Source of the DNA: Eledone cirrhosa
Taxonomy: Eukaryota
Assembly: GCA_964016885.1 (NCBI GenBank)
Contig: OZ024743.1
Location: 273,048,001 to 273,112,000, forward strand
Direction: 5' to 3'
Length of the DNA stretch: 64,000 nucleotides
Positions within the stretch are counted from its first letter, which is position 1. Every line of letters begins with the position of its first letter. Shown here piece after piece: positions 1 through 13,659 of the stretch. The notes under the pieces were generated by a model that was given only the letters and a program-made list of their open reading frames with translations, was not told the origin of the DNA and did not search any database. Position numbers and translations under genes: made by a program.

Positions 1-44
1 GAATTCAATATTTTTGTAGTTATTGGTGATTTGGAAACATTGGA

Positions 45-803
45 AATAATGGTTTCTGATTTAGGCATAAAGCCAACAATTATTTATTATTATTTATTAT
101 TATTTATTATTATTTATTTATTATTTATTTTTTGGGTGGGGCCTCAGTGCGTGACTGGTATTTTATTCTATCAATCCCGTAAGGATGAAAGGCAAAGCTA
201 ACTTCTCGGGATTTAAACTCAGAACGTAAATAATTGTTTCTACTTGTGGCACAAGGCCAACAATTAACCAATACATTACTGGTACTTTATTTTATCGACC
301 CCGTAAGGATGAAAGGCAAAGTTAACCTCGACGGGATTTGAACTCAGACCGTAAAGGGACGTAACTATTCTGGAAGGCACGGCGTCCGACTCTCTACCAA
401 TAATGCCAATCCACCGCCCTCAGTGTAAATAATTGTTTCTACTATTGGCACAAGGCCAGCAATTACCCAGTGCATTACTGGTACTTTATTTTATCGACCC
501 GTAAGGATGAAAGGCAAAGTTAACCTCGGCGGGATTTGAACTCAGAATGGCAAGGACCGTAAATAATTGTTTCTACTTTTGGCACAAGGCCAGCAATTTA
601 CCAGTACATTACTGGTACTTTATTTTATCGACCCGTAAGGATGAAAGGCAAAGTTAACCTCAGCGGGATTTGAACTCAGAATGGCAAGGGCCGTAAATAA
701 TTGTTTCTACTTTTGGCACAAGGCTAGCAATTACCCAGTACGTTACTGGTACTTTATTTTATCGACCCCATAAGGATGAAAGGCAAAGTTAACGAATGGC
801 CGT
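45..803 (-). mobile_element. Cluster of tRNA-derived SINE copies: one partial (45-228), one full-length (229-421), three tandem head-truncated ~133-bp units (427-803)
   Basis: Repeated consensus; the reverse complement shows A-box-like TGGCA..ATTGG, B-box GAGTTCAAATCC, core CTTTGCCTTTCATCCTTACGGGGTCGATAAAATAAAGTACCAG and tail CCTTGTGCCAAAAGTAGAAACAATTATT. The core resembles the Meta/MESC SINE domain (recalled, not searched). Confidence 0.9.
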
Positions 804-2197
804 AAATAATGTAACCTTATAAGGATTGGAAATTCACAATTTAAATTCTACCAATAACCTAAGTAAGCCTATTTGTTTCACGATAATATATGTACTTAAA
901 AACGGTTGATCAATAAAGGTTAAATGTACTGGAAATGGAGCATTGTTTTCCATGCAATATGCGTTCTATTTTTATTTATTTTACACATATATTGAACTAC
1001 ATTGTCAAATGTATCAAGGTATTTCTTAGTTACAATAGAGTGTGATTTGCGAGATAATTGAGTGTAGTTTCTTGCAGTCATGCTAATTTGTGGAAGCCTT
1101 TTTTTTTTTGTTTGCTCGAAGTATAATTGGTTGTTGTGGTTTGGGCGCAGACCAGCCCTTATCAAACAGGGCAATAAAGCAATGAATTATTTCTCTCAAA
1201 CGTAACAATTAAATTTTAACTTTCCTCTTGTTCATTATTCTAAAAGGTACTTTTTTATATATAAAATTTGCTAATATTGCTACATGTAACGAATTGTACA
1301 TTTATATATAACACCAATTACTAATACACCACAAGCAAAAATGGCATTGTGTACCAAAGCAACTCCGGTTTTTAACAAACTAAATCCGTTTTTCAGGAAA
1401 CCAATTTCCGCTTTTCGTTGTAACAATTCTGCATTTTAGAATTTGTTAACATTGGATTTCTTCAAATCTACTTAAATGAATGCTTTGCATGTTGTTCTAT
1501 GCATTGTTGGGAGAAACAGTTCTTGGAAAGATGGAATCGAAAAATATTAATATGAGTAAAAAGGCGCTCTATGTTTAATGATGGAGACAAGGAATACGGG
1601 AGGATTTGGCCTCAGTTAATGTATGTACTAAAGCTTGAGCAAATTTATTGCTGAAAATTGGGAATAAATGCATTAGTATTAAAATATATTTAAATTGGAT
1701 TCTAAAATCTCTCTACTATTATATATTCCATTCAGATATATTTTACATTACAACCCTTATATTATGTAGTTGGTTTGCTTGTTCCTACATTTTTGTTCCT
1801 CAATCCAAAACACTCCAGAGTATATCGTGTAATTAAATCAGGCTTAGAATTATTTTACAGTAACATAGAAAGATTAATATTTGTGACATATAGTGTTTAT
1901 TTTTTATCATTTTAAAAATATTATCAGTAGAATCGTATATTTATTTCCAATGTTAATACCAAAGTACGGGAAGCTTATTGTTGGCATAAATTTCTTTACT
2001 CGATAAACCATTGAAGGAAAGCAACAACACTATATAACCGTTGCTACCGGATGTTGTGGTTAATGGAAATTAGAGATATAGCTGCGACAGTTTCAGAAAC
2101 TTCCATGAAAAGTTATTTCGTCATTAATGCTATCAATATCGATTCGTATACAAGTTTGTGATTTCGATAAGGAAACACCTAATTACCAATTATTATT

Positions 2198-2386
2198 TCT
2201 GAATTGGCAGTATCGGTAGAGGGTCGGACGATATGCTTTCCAGCATAGTTACGTCCCTTTACGATCTGAGTTCAAATTCCGCCGAGGTTGACTTTGCCTT
2301 TCATCAATTACGGGGTCGATAAAATAAAGTACCAGTAATGCACTGGGTATTTGCTGCCCTTGTGCCAAAAGTAGAAACAGTTATTT
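2198..2386 (+). mobile_element. Full-length tRNA-derived SINE (family 1)
   Basis: TGGCAGTATCGG A-box-like, GAGTTCAAATTCC B-box, same core and tail as the 229-421 copy. Confidence 0.9.
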
Positions 2387-4454
2387 CTAAAATATCGTTC
2401 CTTGATGGCGACTGCTTTCATACTATCAAGAGATATATAAGATCTCCAAACGTATGCGCCTATATCGAAGTACTACAGACATATACACTGAAACTGATTA
2501 AATCTTGTGTTTACGGTCAGACAGACATTCAAATGGTGTTCCAATCAAAGCATAAAACATGCCCTCAAATTATGTTTAAGTAGCTTTTAGATTAGAACAG
2601 ATGAGAGAAGATACGAAATTGTCAAATGGACGCTGCAGATATTTGTTTTATTGTAGTTAGGACGGATTAATTTGATTTAGTTCTAGGAAATAGATAATAT
2701 ATCCAGGATCGACTTGTGTTTGTGGGTTGCACCAGTTCCATTTAATGATGCTGAATAGTGATTTGATCATTAATTTGACAAAAATTATTGTGATACTGGG
2801 AAAGTTGGTGACGGGTCTTTCCTTTAGATTTACAGCAGAAACTATTGCTATTTACACTACAATTGTTAACGCTGCATAACGCTTAATTTTCTAGTATTTA
2901 TGAACTTGTTTTGAATTATTTATTTTCACTTCGTGGAATTTTATTAATTGAAGGAAATCTCGATCTATATCAAAGTGTATATAAATATAGTGTATATCGT
3001 TTGATTGAATTATATTTTAACATTGAAGGTCAATATTAACAAAACATACATATATAAGATTATTGCAGTATGTAGCTGTTTGCCTTTTCACAATAACTGA
3101 GCAGAAAAATAGACAAAATCTATTAAAGGTGGGAGAGTGCAGTTAAAACAGTTACCAGTAGCATACTATGTTTAAGAAACTAATATAGATATAGGTATCG
3201 TATCCTAAACTGGTCGTTTACAAACATTTAAATAATTCTTTAAGGGAATGAAGAATTCCAGTAAATTGTAATTTAATATCAACAACCTAACAATCCAAAT
3301 CGCCTATTAAATTGACATTACTTGAAGTTTTCCGATGGAACCTGTCAGTTAATTGATCAATGTCACAAATTCATGTATAACTGTTTTTTTTGAAAATTAG
3401 AACCTAGAAATTAAAAGTTTTATGTTGCCATGTTTTACTGGACATTGAATGCCAAATCGGAGAATGCATCCTTTTGCAGTGAATTGTGCTTAGCATATCT
3501 TCTAATCATTTGTCCATATAAGAAACATTCTCATTGACAATACATAATTCTTCTGCGTCCGTCAAGATTCCAAATAGGTTTTGGATCGTATGCGATTTCC
3601 GGCATTAGGTTTCTGCATAAAAGGATTTATAAATATTTTAGCGTTAGGACAACCTTTAAACACAACATAACACCATTGCATTATAAAAAAAATATTTTGA
3701 GAAAAAAGTGTTACATATAAACCTATTATTTCAGTTCCGAAAGCGTGTATAGGAATCTGTAGGTGATATTGATATACAGAAGTTGGGTTAAACATTATAC
3801 AGGTTTGCAGTGAGAATTGATGTCTAATGCCCAAGAAATATTATCACTGAAAATATTGTCAGATAATAACTTTTAAAAATAATTTGTTGTGAGATATCTA
3901 TAATACACAGACCAGATAACTGTCACTCTACTTTGGCCGAGAGAAATATGTCAACTGGATTTTCACACGGATCGGTTCTTTAAGAGACGTAACTAAATAC
4001 AGTTAAAATTTGAAATTATTATTGTAATAAAAATTTCAAAATATTGGAAACTAAACAGGGATAAGATAAAATAAAGAGCTCTACCATTCTACACATAGAA
4101 ACAAGGAACTCAAAAGTAAATATCTTTTCTATTAATCTGCTGCATTTAATGTATATTACATGTTGAATGGTAGCTAGTAGGCTAACTGAAGGCAAATTGT
4201 ACGTCGATCGTACAGACTCCCAGGGAAAGGTTGTCTCTTTCGAGAAATATAGATTAATTAATCCACAAAATAGAGATAGAATTAATTTGCAAAAATCTTC
4301 ATAAGAACTTTTAATGATATTCTGAATCTACCATACTTCAACAATTAAATGACAATGCACTGTCATTATCTGGTTCAATAATATTTAAACAAAATGCACA
4401 TACATAGAGACAAAACTAACGCCCGTTCCTTGAATACACCGACACGTCATACAT

Positions 4455-5030
4455 ACATACAGAAGGAAAAAGAAGATATGCACAGTAGTGGAAGCTAGCT
4501 GCCCAACAGATGTCAATATAATATCAAAGATTAGCGAAAAGGAGAATATTGATGCAGAACTAATGTGAAATCCTCAGATTCTTCACACTGACTATATCTT
4601 CAGATTTATGCATGTGATTATTGGGACGCTGGGATATGTTAGTAACTGCCTCAATACAAATCTTGAGAAGCTGGGCCTCACAGAAACAGAAAGAATACGA
4701 CTAGTTAGGAAATTACAAGAACAATACATTAATGGAACGGTAAAAATATGTAAAACATTTCCAAAATTCTGCATATGATAACTGCATATACACTTGTACA
4801 GATACAAAGCAAATGCACATGCACAAATATAACTCAACACATACACATACACACATACACTAACATCCAAACCTGCACACACATACACGCAGGCAGACAT
4901 GCATACATATCTACCTAGTTGATGTTGTGTAAATTCCAATGAGGGTGTTTTGTATCTATGTTAGAAACTGACTCTCTCTCTCTATTGGCAAACATTTGTG
5001 AAATTATAAAATCAGAAGAACATACATAAT
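4455..5030 (+). mobile_element. 3' fragment of an RLE-type (restriction-like endonuclease) non-LTR retrotransposon in (CATA)n
   Basis: Manual translation CTVVEASCPTDVNIISKISEKENIDAELM*NPQILH...VIIGTLG...NGTVKICKTF matches an RLE C-terminus. Paralog at 47285-47915; both end CAGAAGAACATACATA. Confidence 0.75.
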
Positions 5031-7164
5031 ACTTACATATACACTGTATGGCAACATCAGATAACAATGGTTCAAAACAATTGGACATGAAGTGAAGCAG
5101 TTTGGAAGTGAATTCGCTTCATTAAAACATTTTACTCTGTTTTGATATAAACAGAACACAACACAACTAAAGGGGTAGAACCTGCTAGAAATAGTAGCAG
5201 AAACGTTACACAAAATCAAACCACCCTACATTATGAATGGGAGGGTATATTAGTTTAAGTTCTAGATAATCTTATAAAGATAAGGTTCTCATAGCAGGCA
5301 TTCCTTTAATCATCTATGTTCTGTTTTATTTGACCAGGGACTCAGCGACAATGGTGTGTCAATAAAATACACAACTGTCACCTGAACGACTTTGGTTAAA
5401 AGTTGATCAATCAGAGCTGGCCAAGTGATACGTTAATGGGATATATAATAATTATTTCTAAGTATAAGTGGGCTGTAGAATTTTTAGTGTTTCGAACAAT
5501 CTACGTTGCAGTATTTAATTTCTGACTGTTACGTCATGTGATCAAATGCCAGGGCGTGGAACTTGCATTCGGTCTCTCCGAGGTAAATATAATACCTTAC
5601 CACTTAAATAGTGATTTTGATGCAATAGATGGATGCCGATGCATCTCACGATCTTGGAAGCAACAGAATATGGCTCATGATTCAGAAGGATCTATAAGGG
5701 TTGAAGAGATTTTGCTGCTTCATCAGCGAAAGATTGCATTTTTTCTTAACACCGATGATATTAGCCAATGGGCATTAATACCAGACAGACAGATATCTTT
5801 ATTTGGGTAATATACCAAAAAAAAAAAAGAAAAGAATTGTGCATTCGCAGCATCTAATTTTTCTCTGATAATGATCTATGTTTTCTGAAAACGTTTACCT
5901 TGAAACACTATTTATCCAAACCACATATAGTATTTCTATTAATTCTTACACCTTTAGGCAGAGTTTTATCTGCATATGTGCTTTCACTAAAAGTAGTTTT
6001 AAGCTTAATACGCTACTGGAAGTTTATGGTCTACACCGTTTAGACGACAATTTCTGGTGATCTTGCAATAACAGTTTGATACCTGCCAAGTTTTGGATAT
6101 TAGTGTTAGCTATCTGTTTGAAGGGGTTACGTGTGTAACTGTAAATAAGTTTAAATTGTTTCTGTTCAATATTTACTGGTATTTTTGATTGTTGAGTGTT
6201 TCCGTATGAGAATGAAAACGTTTTGGGAAAATTCATTTAGATCAGAATAGAGATTAATCTATACCATATTAGATTTAAATATGAGGATTTGAAATGCCTG
6301 CAGTATTTGACATCACTTAAATATATCACGTGACCACTTCTAGTAGCGAATCATGTAGACACAATTATGAACGTATCACGTCATTTTCGAAATTCACAGT
6401 TGTGGAAACACACCACCATACAGTATATGTATATATATAGAGAGATATATAGATATATGCACGCACACACACACATATATATATATTTATATATATATTT
6501 ATAGATTCATATATATATGTGTACCTATATATAAACATACACACGCACATATATATATATATATATGTGTGTGTGTTTTTGTTGCATTTGTAAATATCAT
6601 CATATGTGGTGTATTGGTGTATATCTATCTGCATGTCTGACTCATGCAAATTGATAAATACAAAGCAATCCCTTATATAAAATTATTGCTTTTAAGACTG
6701 CTTTGTTTCTCATCCGGATGAACAAACATATTAACCTAGCATGATATGACACCAATGAAAATATAATTCTGTAAAATACTGTTATTGTTTGAATTAAAAT
6801 TCAGATGTAAATTACGATATCGTAATTTCACAAGGATTTGTTGTATAATCGATATTTTCCGCAGATTATTGATTAAAAATGAAACCATTTCCAAATAGAG
6901 ATCTTCCAATATGATATTATGTGTATTTTACAAATCGATTGCTGTTTACTGTTTAAATGGGTTTCGTAGAAACATGCTCTTTTCATGTCAATTCAGCTAC
7001 AAAATACACGAAAATGAAGCCACATACTTTTGTTTGTATTTTTCATTTCATTTAAATGCTGAAATTTCTGTAAGTTGACCAGTAATTGAGATCGATGCGA
7101 TCATAAATAGGTAGGTATGATAAATATTTAATATCATCATATATAATATTATTATATTAGTTAT

Positions 7165-7390
7165 TATTAGGGTGGATGTTCTGTAGAATATTTAGAGTGC
7201 TTGAAAATTCCATTGTAGCATTTAGGTACGGTCTTTTATTGATTGTTCGAATCATACCGGTATCAACTTTAACTTTTATCCAGTTTGGGGTCGATTAAAT
7301 AAAATAACATTTAAGTACTGGAGGTTGATATATTGACTTGGCCATCACCCAAATCGACTAGACTTGTGCCTATGTTAGAAATCATTATAT
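7165..7390 (+). mobile_element. Old, degenerate tRNA-derived SINE related to family 1
   Basis: GTTCGAATC B-box, GGGGTCGATTAAATAAAATA core remnant, CTTGTGCCTATGTTAGAAA tail. Confidence 0.6.
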
Positions 7391-7424
7391 TGAATATATG
7401 CTTATGAATAGATCTGACATAATT

Positions 7425-7670
7425 TGACAGCATCCGCCGATATGTATCTATCATGGAAGTATGAAAATTGAACGGCCATCTTCAGAATTCGACTGTAGAG
7501 ATCCGGAAAGAATACCGTATACTATCTATAATGAACAACTAGTACAAGCGTTCGCAGAATGTATCACTAAAAGAACAATGCTTGTGTATTGACACCATTA
7601 TCTCTGATACTTTTGCAGTGCCCCAATGTAGTCGTTTTCGTATAGATGGTCAACAGATTTTCATGGCTTA
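7425..7670 (+). pseudogene. Possible highly decayed RTE-like reverse transcriptase fragment
   Basis: Weak translated resemblance (FDSIRR...RILYNEQ) to RT subdomains 3-4; many stops. Confidence 0.3.
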
Positions 7671-7764
7671 ACTATGTTGAACACCGTGAAGGGAAATCTA
7701 ACTGTTTTCTAACTGTTTTCTAACTGTTTTCTATATAACATTGTTACTGTTATAGATTTGAGGT

Positions 7765-8025
7765 TAGGTAGTCTAGTGACTAGGGGGTTTAATTCGCGAT
7801 AGTAAAGCCGTGGGTTCGATCTGCGGATGGGATGCTAAGATGGCATTTGATATCCTTGAATGAGGTAATTCATTTCACGTTGCATTAGTTTCTCTTCTGA
7901 ATAGAAAATAAGTTCCAGGAGCAACTGCGGAGTACCTTACAGCATACTATTTGCGTACACTGTTGTCACGTGTAACCGGAATAAAATTGGTTTTAATGAG
8001 CCTTTAGGCTTATACTTTTAACGTT
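7765..8025 (+). mobile_element. Degenerate second SINE family (tRNA head + CORE-like domain)
   Basis: GGGTTCGATC B-box followed by TCCTTGAA...ATTTCACGTTG; similar to 46360-46650. Confidence 0.5.
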
Positions 8026-9009
8026 ATGGATACCATCATTTTCACAAATGTTTTTATATAATTCTTTTTTTGTGCAATAAACGTAACGTGAGGAATTATT
8101 ATATCCTAATGTATGCTCTAAAATTCTATCGATCGTATATTTCCTGAGATTTAGAGTGATTTTTATAGGGAGATTCTAAACAGGACTTATTAGTTATGTC
8201 AATTGCTGACTAAAGAGAGGTATCGTTTTTAGCTGAAACTAAGTAACAATATATATTTAGCCGCAAATAGTCACGTAACGTGGGTAGATATAATGTTGCT
8301 TTTGATAGCAAAGTAAAATAAAAGAGAATAAAGAAAACGAGACTGAAAAAAGATTATTTTAAATATTATATTGTGACTGTTGTCACGTAATTTCTATTAT
8401 TTTATACTGTATTTAAATTAAATTGGTGTTTCTCATTATATAACTTAAAGTATATTATAAAAGTCTGTAAAAAATGTTTTATTTTGCTTAAATGCACTTG
8501 CACTGACAGTAGTATTTACATAATCTTTATTCAAACAGACTGCCTAACATTAAAGCCAATAAAATACTTTCAGTCACGCGTAAGGATATGGAAAAGTTGG
8601 TGGTTACATTTTAATATATATTGAAATTTGTATTTTTATTTCTAATTTCATCACATTTAACGTGGTAGTAGGAGATATGTGTAGGCTGCAGATGGAATAT
8701 TGAACTAGATCCTGGGATTCGTGTGAAGAGGAAATGTGTTAAAGCATGTTGCTATCCATGTGTGAGAAATACCAGGATTTCAGGGAACCAGACACGTGTG
8801 GTGAACCCAGAGCAGCAGTGAAATATACAGGAACATAAATGAGAATGATTGGATGGACAGGCAGAATATCCCTTGGAGAGAAGATAATTAATTGCAGAGC
8901 CTGATAGGTATAGAGTTAGAGATAAGTATGATATGATTATTTGGTCATGTGTAGAGATCATGAAGACCACATATTACAGTACTCGTTGCAAAAGGGGATG
9001 GGAATATGA

Positions 9010-9290
9010 CGGTTTCGGCTAGTTATATCAGTAACATCAATCAATGTTTTATGTAACTAGCTGAAACCACCTGAGCTCGCGGTCGATCCTCTACTTCATA
9101 TATATATAAATATACATATAGGAAAATAGTCTGGACCCCGAAGGCTGAGCTCCGGCCGTTTCGACAGCTATTTCTGAATAGCTGTCGAAACGGCCGGAGC
9201 TCAGCCGTCCGGGTCCTGACTCTAATACCTATAGTTTCGAGTACTCTGGTGCGTTATGGTCCACCTAGTTCCTTACCGCACTTGCTTTGT
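9010..9290. repeat. Two adjacent fold-back palindromes carrying hammerhead 3' half-sites (Penelope pLTR-like remnants) next to TA/CA microsatellite
   Basis: Perfect 30-bp arms 9143-9172/9177-9206 (loop TCTG), imperfect out to ~9117-9233, containing CGAAACGGC-cggagctca-GCCGTC. A second imperfect palindrome at 9011-9068 is followed by GAAACC...GGTC. Confidence 0.7.
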
Positions 9291-9293
9291 TAT

Positions 9294-9380
<87 letters not shown>

Positions 9381-10074
9381 TGTGTAAATATGACCGTTAT
9401 TGCTCCAACCAGTTTATATACCATCAATAACTGCCCATTATATCTACATGCACATACACATATATACACTATATACATTATAAATATTTATATGAAAACA
9501 AGAAAGTAGAAGTATCAAATACACAAATCTGAACGTAAGCACTACACTCAGAAAATAAAGCGTACAATAAACAAAAGATCTAACGTATTAGAACATCGGA
9601 TTTTAAATTTGTGAAAAATAGATTCGGAAGAAACCGATCCAATAATGAACTAAATGTCTACATTAGAACTAATTCTACCTCGGACATCATCCGTAATTCC
9701 CAACATTTAACCCACTTTAATTATGAGAATGGCGAAGACGGACCTTCGCAAGCTGTCGCCGTCAAAACACGCAGTTTCTGTATAAGAGTGGCCATTAAAC
9801 AATATCTATTATTTCCTGCAGCTATTACGTAATTGGTCTTGCTCCACTCTCCCCCGTATATTCTTGACCTTAAACCATCAAACTATCCACTAAGGGGATC
9901 CGATGTCGCGCATCGGGAGGCCAAGGTTTCACAACATAAGATAAAAAAAACACATTAATAATAAAAAATATATACTAATATTGTATTTTGAGAGAGAGAT
10001 GTAAGCGGTATGCAATATTACAATAGCGTAAAATTTGCATATTGATTATGAATATTTCATTTTTTCCATTTCAG

Positions 10075-10128
10075 GTAATAATTCTTCCAGTTATTGGAAA
10101 TAGTCTCAGCGTATTGGTCCCTGATCTG
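10075..10128 (+). CDS. Candidate 54-nt internal exon of an unidentified host gene (VIILPVIGNSLSVLVPDL if phase 0)
   Basis: Preceded by the polypyrimidine tract TTTTTTCCATTTCAG and followed by CTG|GTAAGT. Length is a multiple of 3, only one frame is open, and the context is non-repetitive. Confidence 0.4.
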
Positions 10129-11213
10129 GTAAGTATTTGCAGATTTTGTTTACTTATCATGAAAACAATAAAACATAGTAAAGAAAAACACGCTGTTCGT
10201 GGTATTATAAGAATTGTATTTTTACACATGTTTCATTGATCAAATACAAATATCGAAATACATGCATACAGAGAACACACATATATATATGTGTGTCTTG
10301 ACTTAATATTTACAGCCTTAACTTATACAAATAGCGAAATACATGCATACAGAGAACACACATATATATATATGCGTGTCTTGACTTAATATTTACAGCC
10401 TTAATTTCATTATAGTTTATACCAAGACATAAACAATTCTCACATTCCATAGTGCTTCAAACAAATTACAACACTCAATGAATTTTAAAAGCTATGTTTA
10501 TGTCGCTGCTATTCTTTGCAATAAAGTGAGAGCAGTTTTACGGTAATGTTTGGAGTTTTTATACGTTGCCAGAGAGCATGCTTCTTTGGTTGCTAAGAAA
10601 AATTAAGCTAAAAACTTATAGTTTTAACACTTCGGCTAATGAATCCCATTCGCATACAACGCAGGCGTTGGTGGGCTCGAGTTTATATGCAGTATTAATG
10701 GCATAGCATGATTTTGTCTTGACCGTGGTTGTATATTGAAACATATACGAAATATGAATTATAAAGCCTGTAATCATATTACAGTTATTCTTAGCAATAA
10801 ATGTAGAGTATCCTGGGGTACTGTTTCTTTATCCGTCATCAGAGGAGCTTACTCATTTGGTTGCTGAGAGGAAATAAGCTAAAAGCTTGTTCATTTCGCA
10901 TATGATTCAATATTCATCATCAGTCAGGGTGAAATGGATTTATCATTCAAAGACTAATAATATTGAGTTGCATAACTTCTCCCGATTAGTCATTATGTCA
11001 TTATTTTCATGGTTAATTAGGCACTAAATTTCGCCTCCTTTGTTTCCATTAGTCATCCTATATATATGATTTTCTAGAGCGTTTGATTGTTCAATGAAAT
11101 CTAATATTATGATATCCTAGCATAAAAAGTAAAATACTTATTACTTGATCTTCCGTACCACATGGAGCTTTACCAGCGTTAATGGCCCTACCATAGACAG
11201 TTATCTATATATA

Positions 11214-11276
11214 TAGTTTCAGAAGATCCCGTTAAAGGTGAAAGTAGCGATTCTTTGCTTAAACTTTAATCTGTTA

Positions 11277-11316
<40 letters not shown>

Positions 11317-11332
11317 CACACACACACACACA

Positions 11333-11418
<86 letters not shown>

Positions 11419-11715
11419 TATATACATATATATATATAGTAATAATAATAAATGTGGAGACTAAAATCCAAAGAGGGCGCGATAGGGATAAATATATATC
11501 AAATATATAAGAACACTAGAGCAAATATTTATTAAAATATAAGTCAATACAGTGCTCAACTGAGGCAACGTCTTCACGAACAAAAGTATAGTCTTCCTGT
11601 TTTCCTTCGGTTACAACGTTTTTCGAAATATTTACTTCTGCGTTCACAGATTGATTTTTTTAGTTTCGGAAGATCCCGTTAAGGGTGAAGTCTTTGCTTA
11701 AAATTTAATCTGCTA

Positions 11716-11722
<7 letters not shown>
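11214..11722 (+). repeat. ~65-bp direct repeat (11214-11283 / 11661-11722), pLTR-end-like, each copy followed by (TA)n
   Basis: TAGTTTC(A/G)GAAGATCCCGTTAA(A/G)GGTGAA...TTTAATCTG(T/C)TATTTTAATATAT occurs twice and has a degenerate hammerhead-like core. Confidence 0.65.
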
Positions 11723-11758
<36 letters not shown>

Positions 11759-11811
11759 GTAAGTGTAAATATACATGTAAATATAATTGTAAGTGTGAGT
11801 ATATATAGATA

Positions 11812-12985
11812 TATGTCTATCTCGCCCATAATCCTGAACAAGGCACTCATATTCGCGATGAATAGGACAGGCCCGACGATGTCCGAATCATACACGACGC
11901 CAGAAAGACCCTGATCCGATTCGGTGGGGACATATGGACCCGGAGTGACAAGTAATTTTGACATTACAATAGGCTCCAGTGACTCCGCACAGCTAACGGA
12001 CTTGGTTGGGATATACATACTCTACGAGATCAGGAGTGAAATACCCAACCTGGGTGGCGGATTGTACCGAGACGATGCACTCTTCACCGTCGTGGACCAC
12101 AGCACCACAATGGTCGAAAATATGAAGAGGAGTATTAGACACTTCTTTAGCAAGGTAGGACTTAAAGTAGAGATGGAACCCAATAGAAAAGTAGTCAATT
12201 TCCTGGACACCACCCTCAACCTCAACACCAAGCTACACCACCCATATCATAAACCCAATGAGAAGCTGGTGTATATCAACGCTGAGTCCAATCACCCTAG
12301 ATCTATAGTTAAGGCCGTAGTTAAGAGTGACTCTGACAGGATCTCTAAATTGTCTGCCAATAAAGAGATCTTCAATAGTAATGCTGATTACTATAACTCA
12401 GCGCTAGCTAAGGCGGCCCACAGCCATAGGATCAGCTATAACCCTAAGGGATATGATCGAGATGACCCAAGGGTGCCCCGGGCCAATACCCTCAGGGGCA
12501 TGATTCACCCACCTAATACCTCGGTGACCAGTAGTAACACTCCCAGACCCCTATCCGTCACCACCCCCGCTATAAAGTCCCGCATATCCCACCGGTCTAA
12601 TACCTACAACGCTGAAGACCACTGCGGTGCGGTGCATAGGCACCCCTGCACCGGCCCCACCACCCACCGAACTCTCATTGAGCAGGGAGGCCGCACCGCG
12701 CAGGGTTATAGCCCCACGGTGGGCCCATATAACCCTCATGATAGTGACCGCTCCGCACACCTGAGTGACACCAACCGAACTCGACCTGAGCTGTGCACAA
12801 CCCCGCGATGGACCACGGCCGACACCCAACAACCGCGCAAGAATAGGGCCCGGAAGGTCACATGGTATAACCCCCGTACTGGGTGGATCTACATACCAGT
12901 CTGGCTAGAACATTCTTTAGAGTACTGGATAAATGTTTCCCTAGGGCCCACAAGTACCATAAAATATTCAACAGGCACACGGTGA
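11812..12985 (+). pseudogene. Penelope-like reverse transcriptase, C-terminal part (frameshifted)
   Basis: Motifs SISPIILNKALIFA, IIHDARKTL, FDITIGSSDSAQLTDLVGIYIL, GLYRDD, VVNFLD, PYHKPN..VYINAESNHP, RKVTWYNP. Confidence 0.9.
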
Positions 12986-13659
12986 AACTTTCCTACTCAA
13001 CCACACGCTCCGCAGCCCAGTACATAGCCGGCATAAATAGGAATAGGCTCACTGCATCTAATACCACCGTAAACCCCGGAGCCACCCAACGGAACAAGCA
13101 CGCGAGACGCACCAGACCCCGGTCAAGCCCAACTAGCACAGCGGAACCCAACGACCCTGTGCTGATTGCGGCGGCTACCCAGCCAACCCCGAGTGATGAT
13201 AACCACGCGGTACATGTGCAGGGGCTTAAGAAGTCATGCAATTGCAGAGACCCATCACTAGGCCCCCTTAGTAATGAATGCATGACAAAAAACGTAGTCT
13301 ACAGGTGCAAGGTCACAACCCCTAACTTGGAGCACCACTACATAGGATCCACGGCGACGAGCTTCAAAGATAGATGGTATAACCCTCGCGATTCCTTTAA
13401 CAGAATAGAAAAGAGGAAATGTACGGCCCTTTCTGAATTGATCTGGAAGCTCAAACTTGAAAAGACCCCGCAGTCTCTGGTCTGGTCCGTGGTTAGAAAG
13501 GTTCCCCCACACAGAGGTGCGTTTGGTATTTGCAACCTCTGTCTTAGCGAGACACTCGAGATACTTCATGGCGGAACCAAGCTATTAAACAGAAGGGCCG
13601 ACTTATTAGGCGCCTGCAGACACCTAAGGACAGGAACTTTCCTCAAGCTATATGGATAA
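12883..13659 (+). pseudogene. Penelope-like linker and GIY-YIG endonuclease (after a frameshift near 12875)
   Basis: FP..HKYHKIFNRHTVKLSYS, CNC...PL..EC..NVVY...YIG.T...FKDRW, TALSELIW, CNLCLSE, LLNRR...CRH. Confidence 0.9.

Noticed and set aside
2198-2290. tRNA genes
   Set aside because: The A/B boxes belong to SINE heads; no complete cloverleaf, and each continues into the SINE core.
12883-13659. Selenocysteine-encoding Naiad-type element
   Set aside because: The conserved cysteines are TGC/TGT and there is no in-frame TGA in the surviving region.
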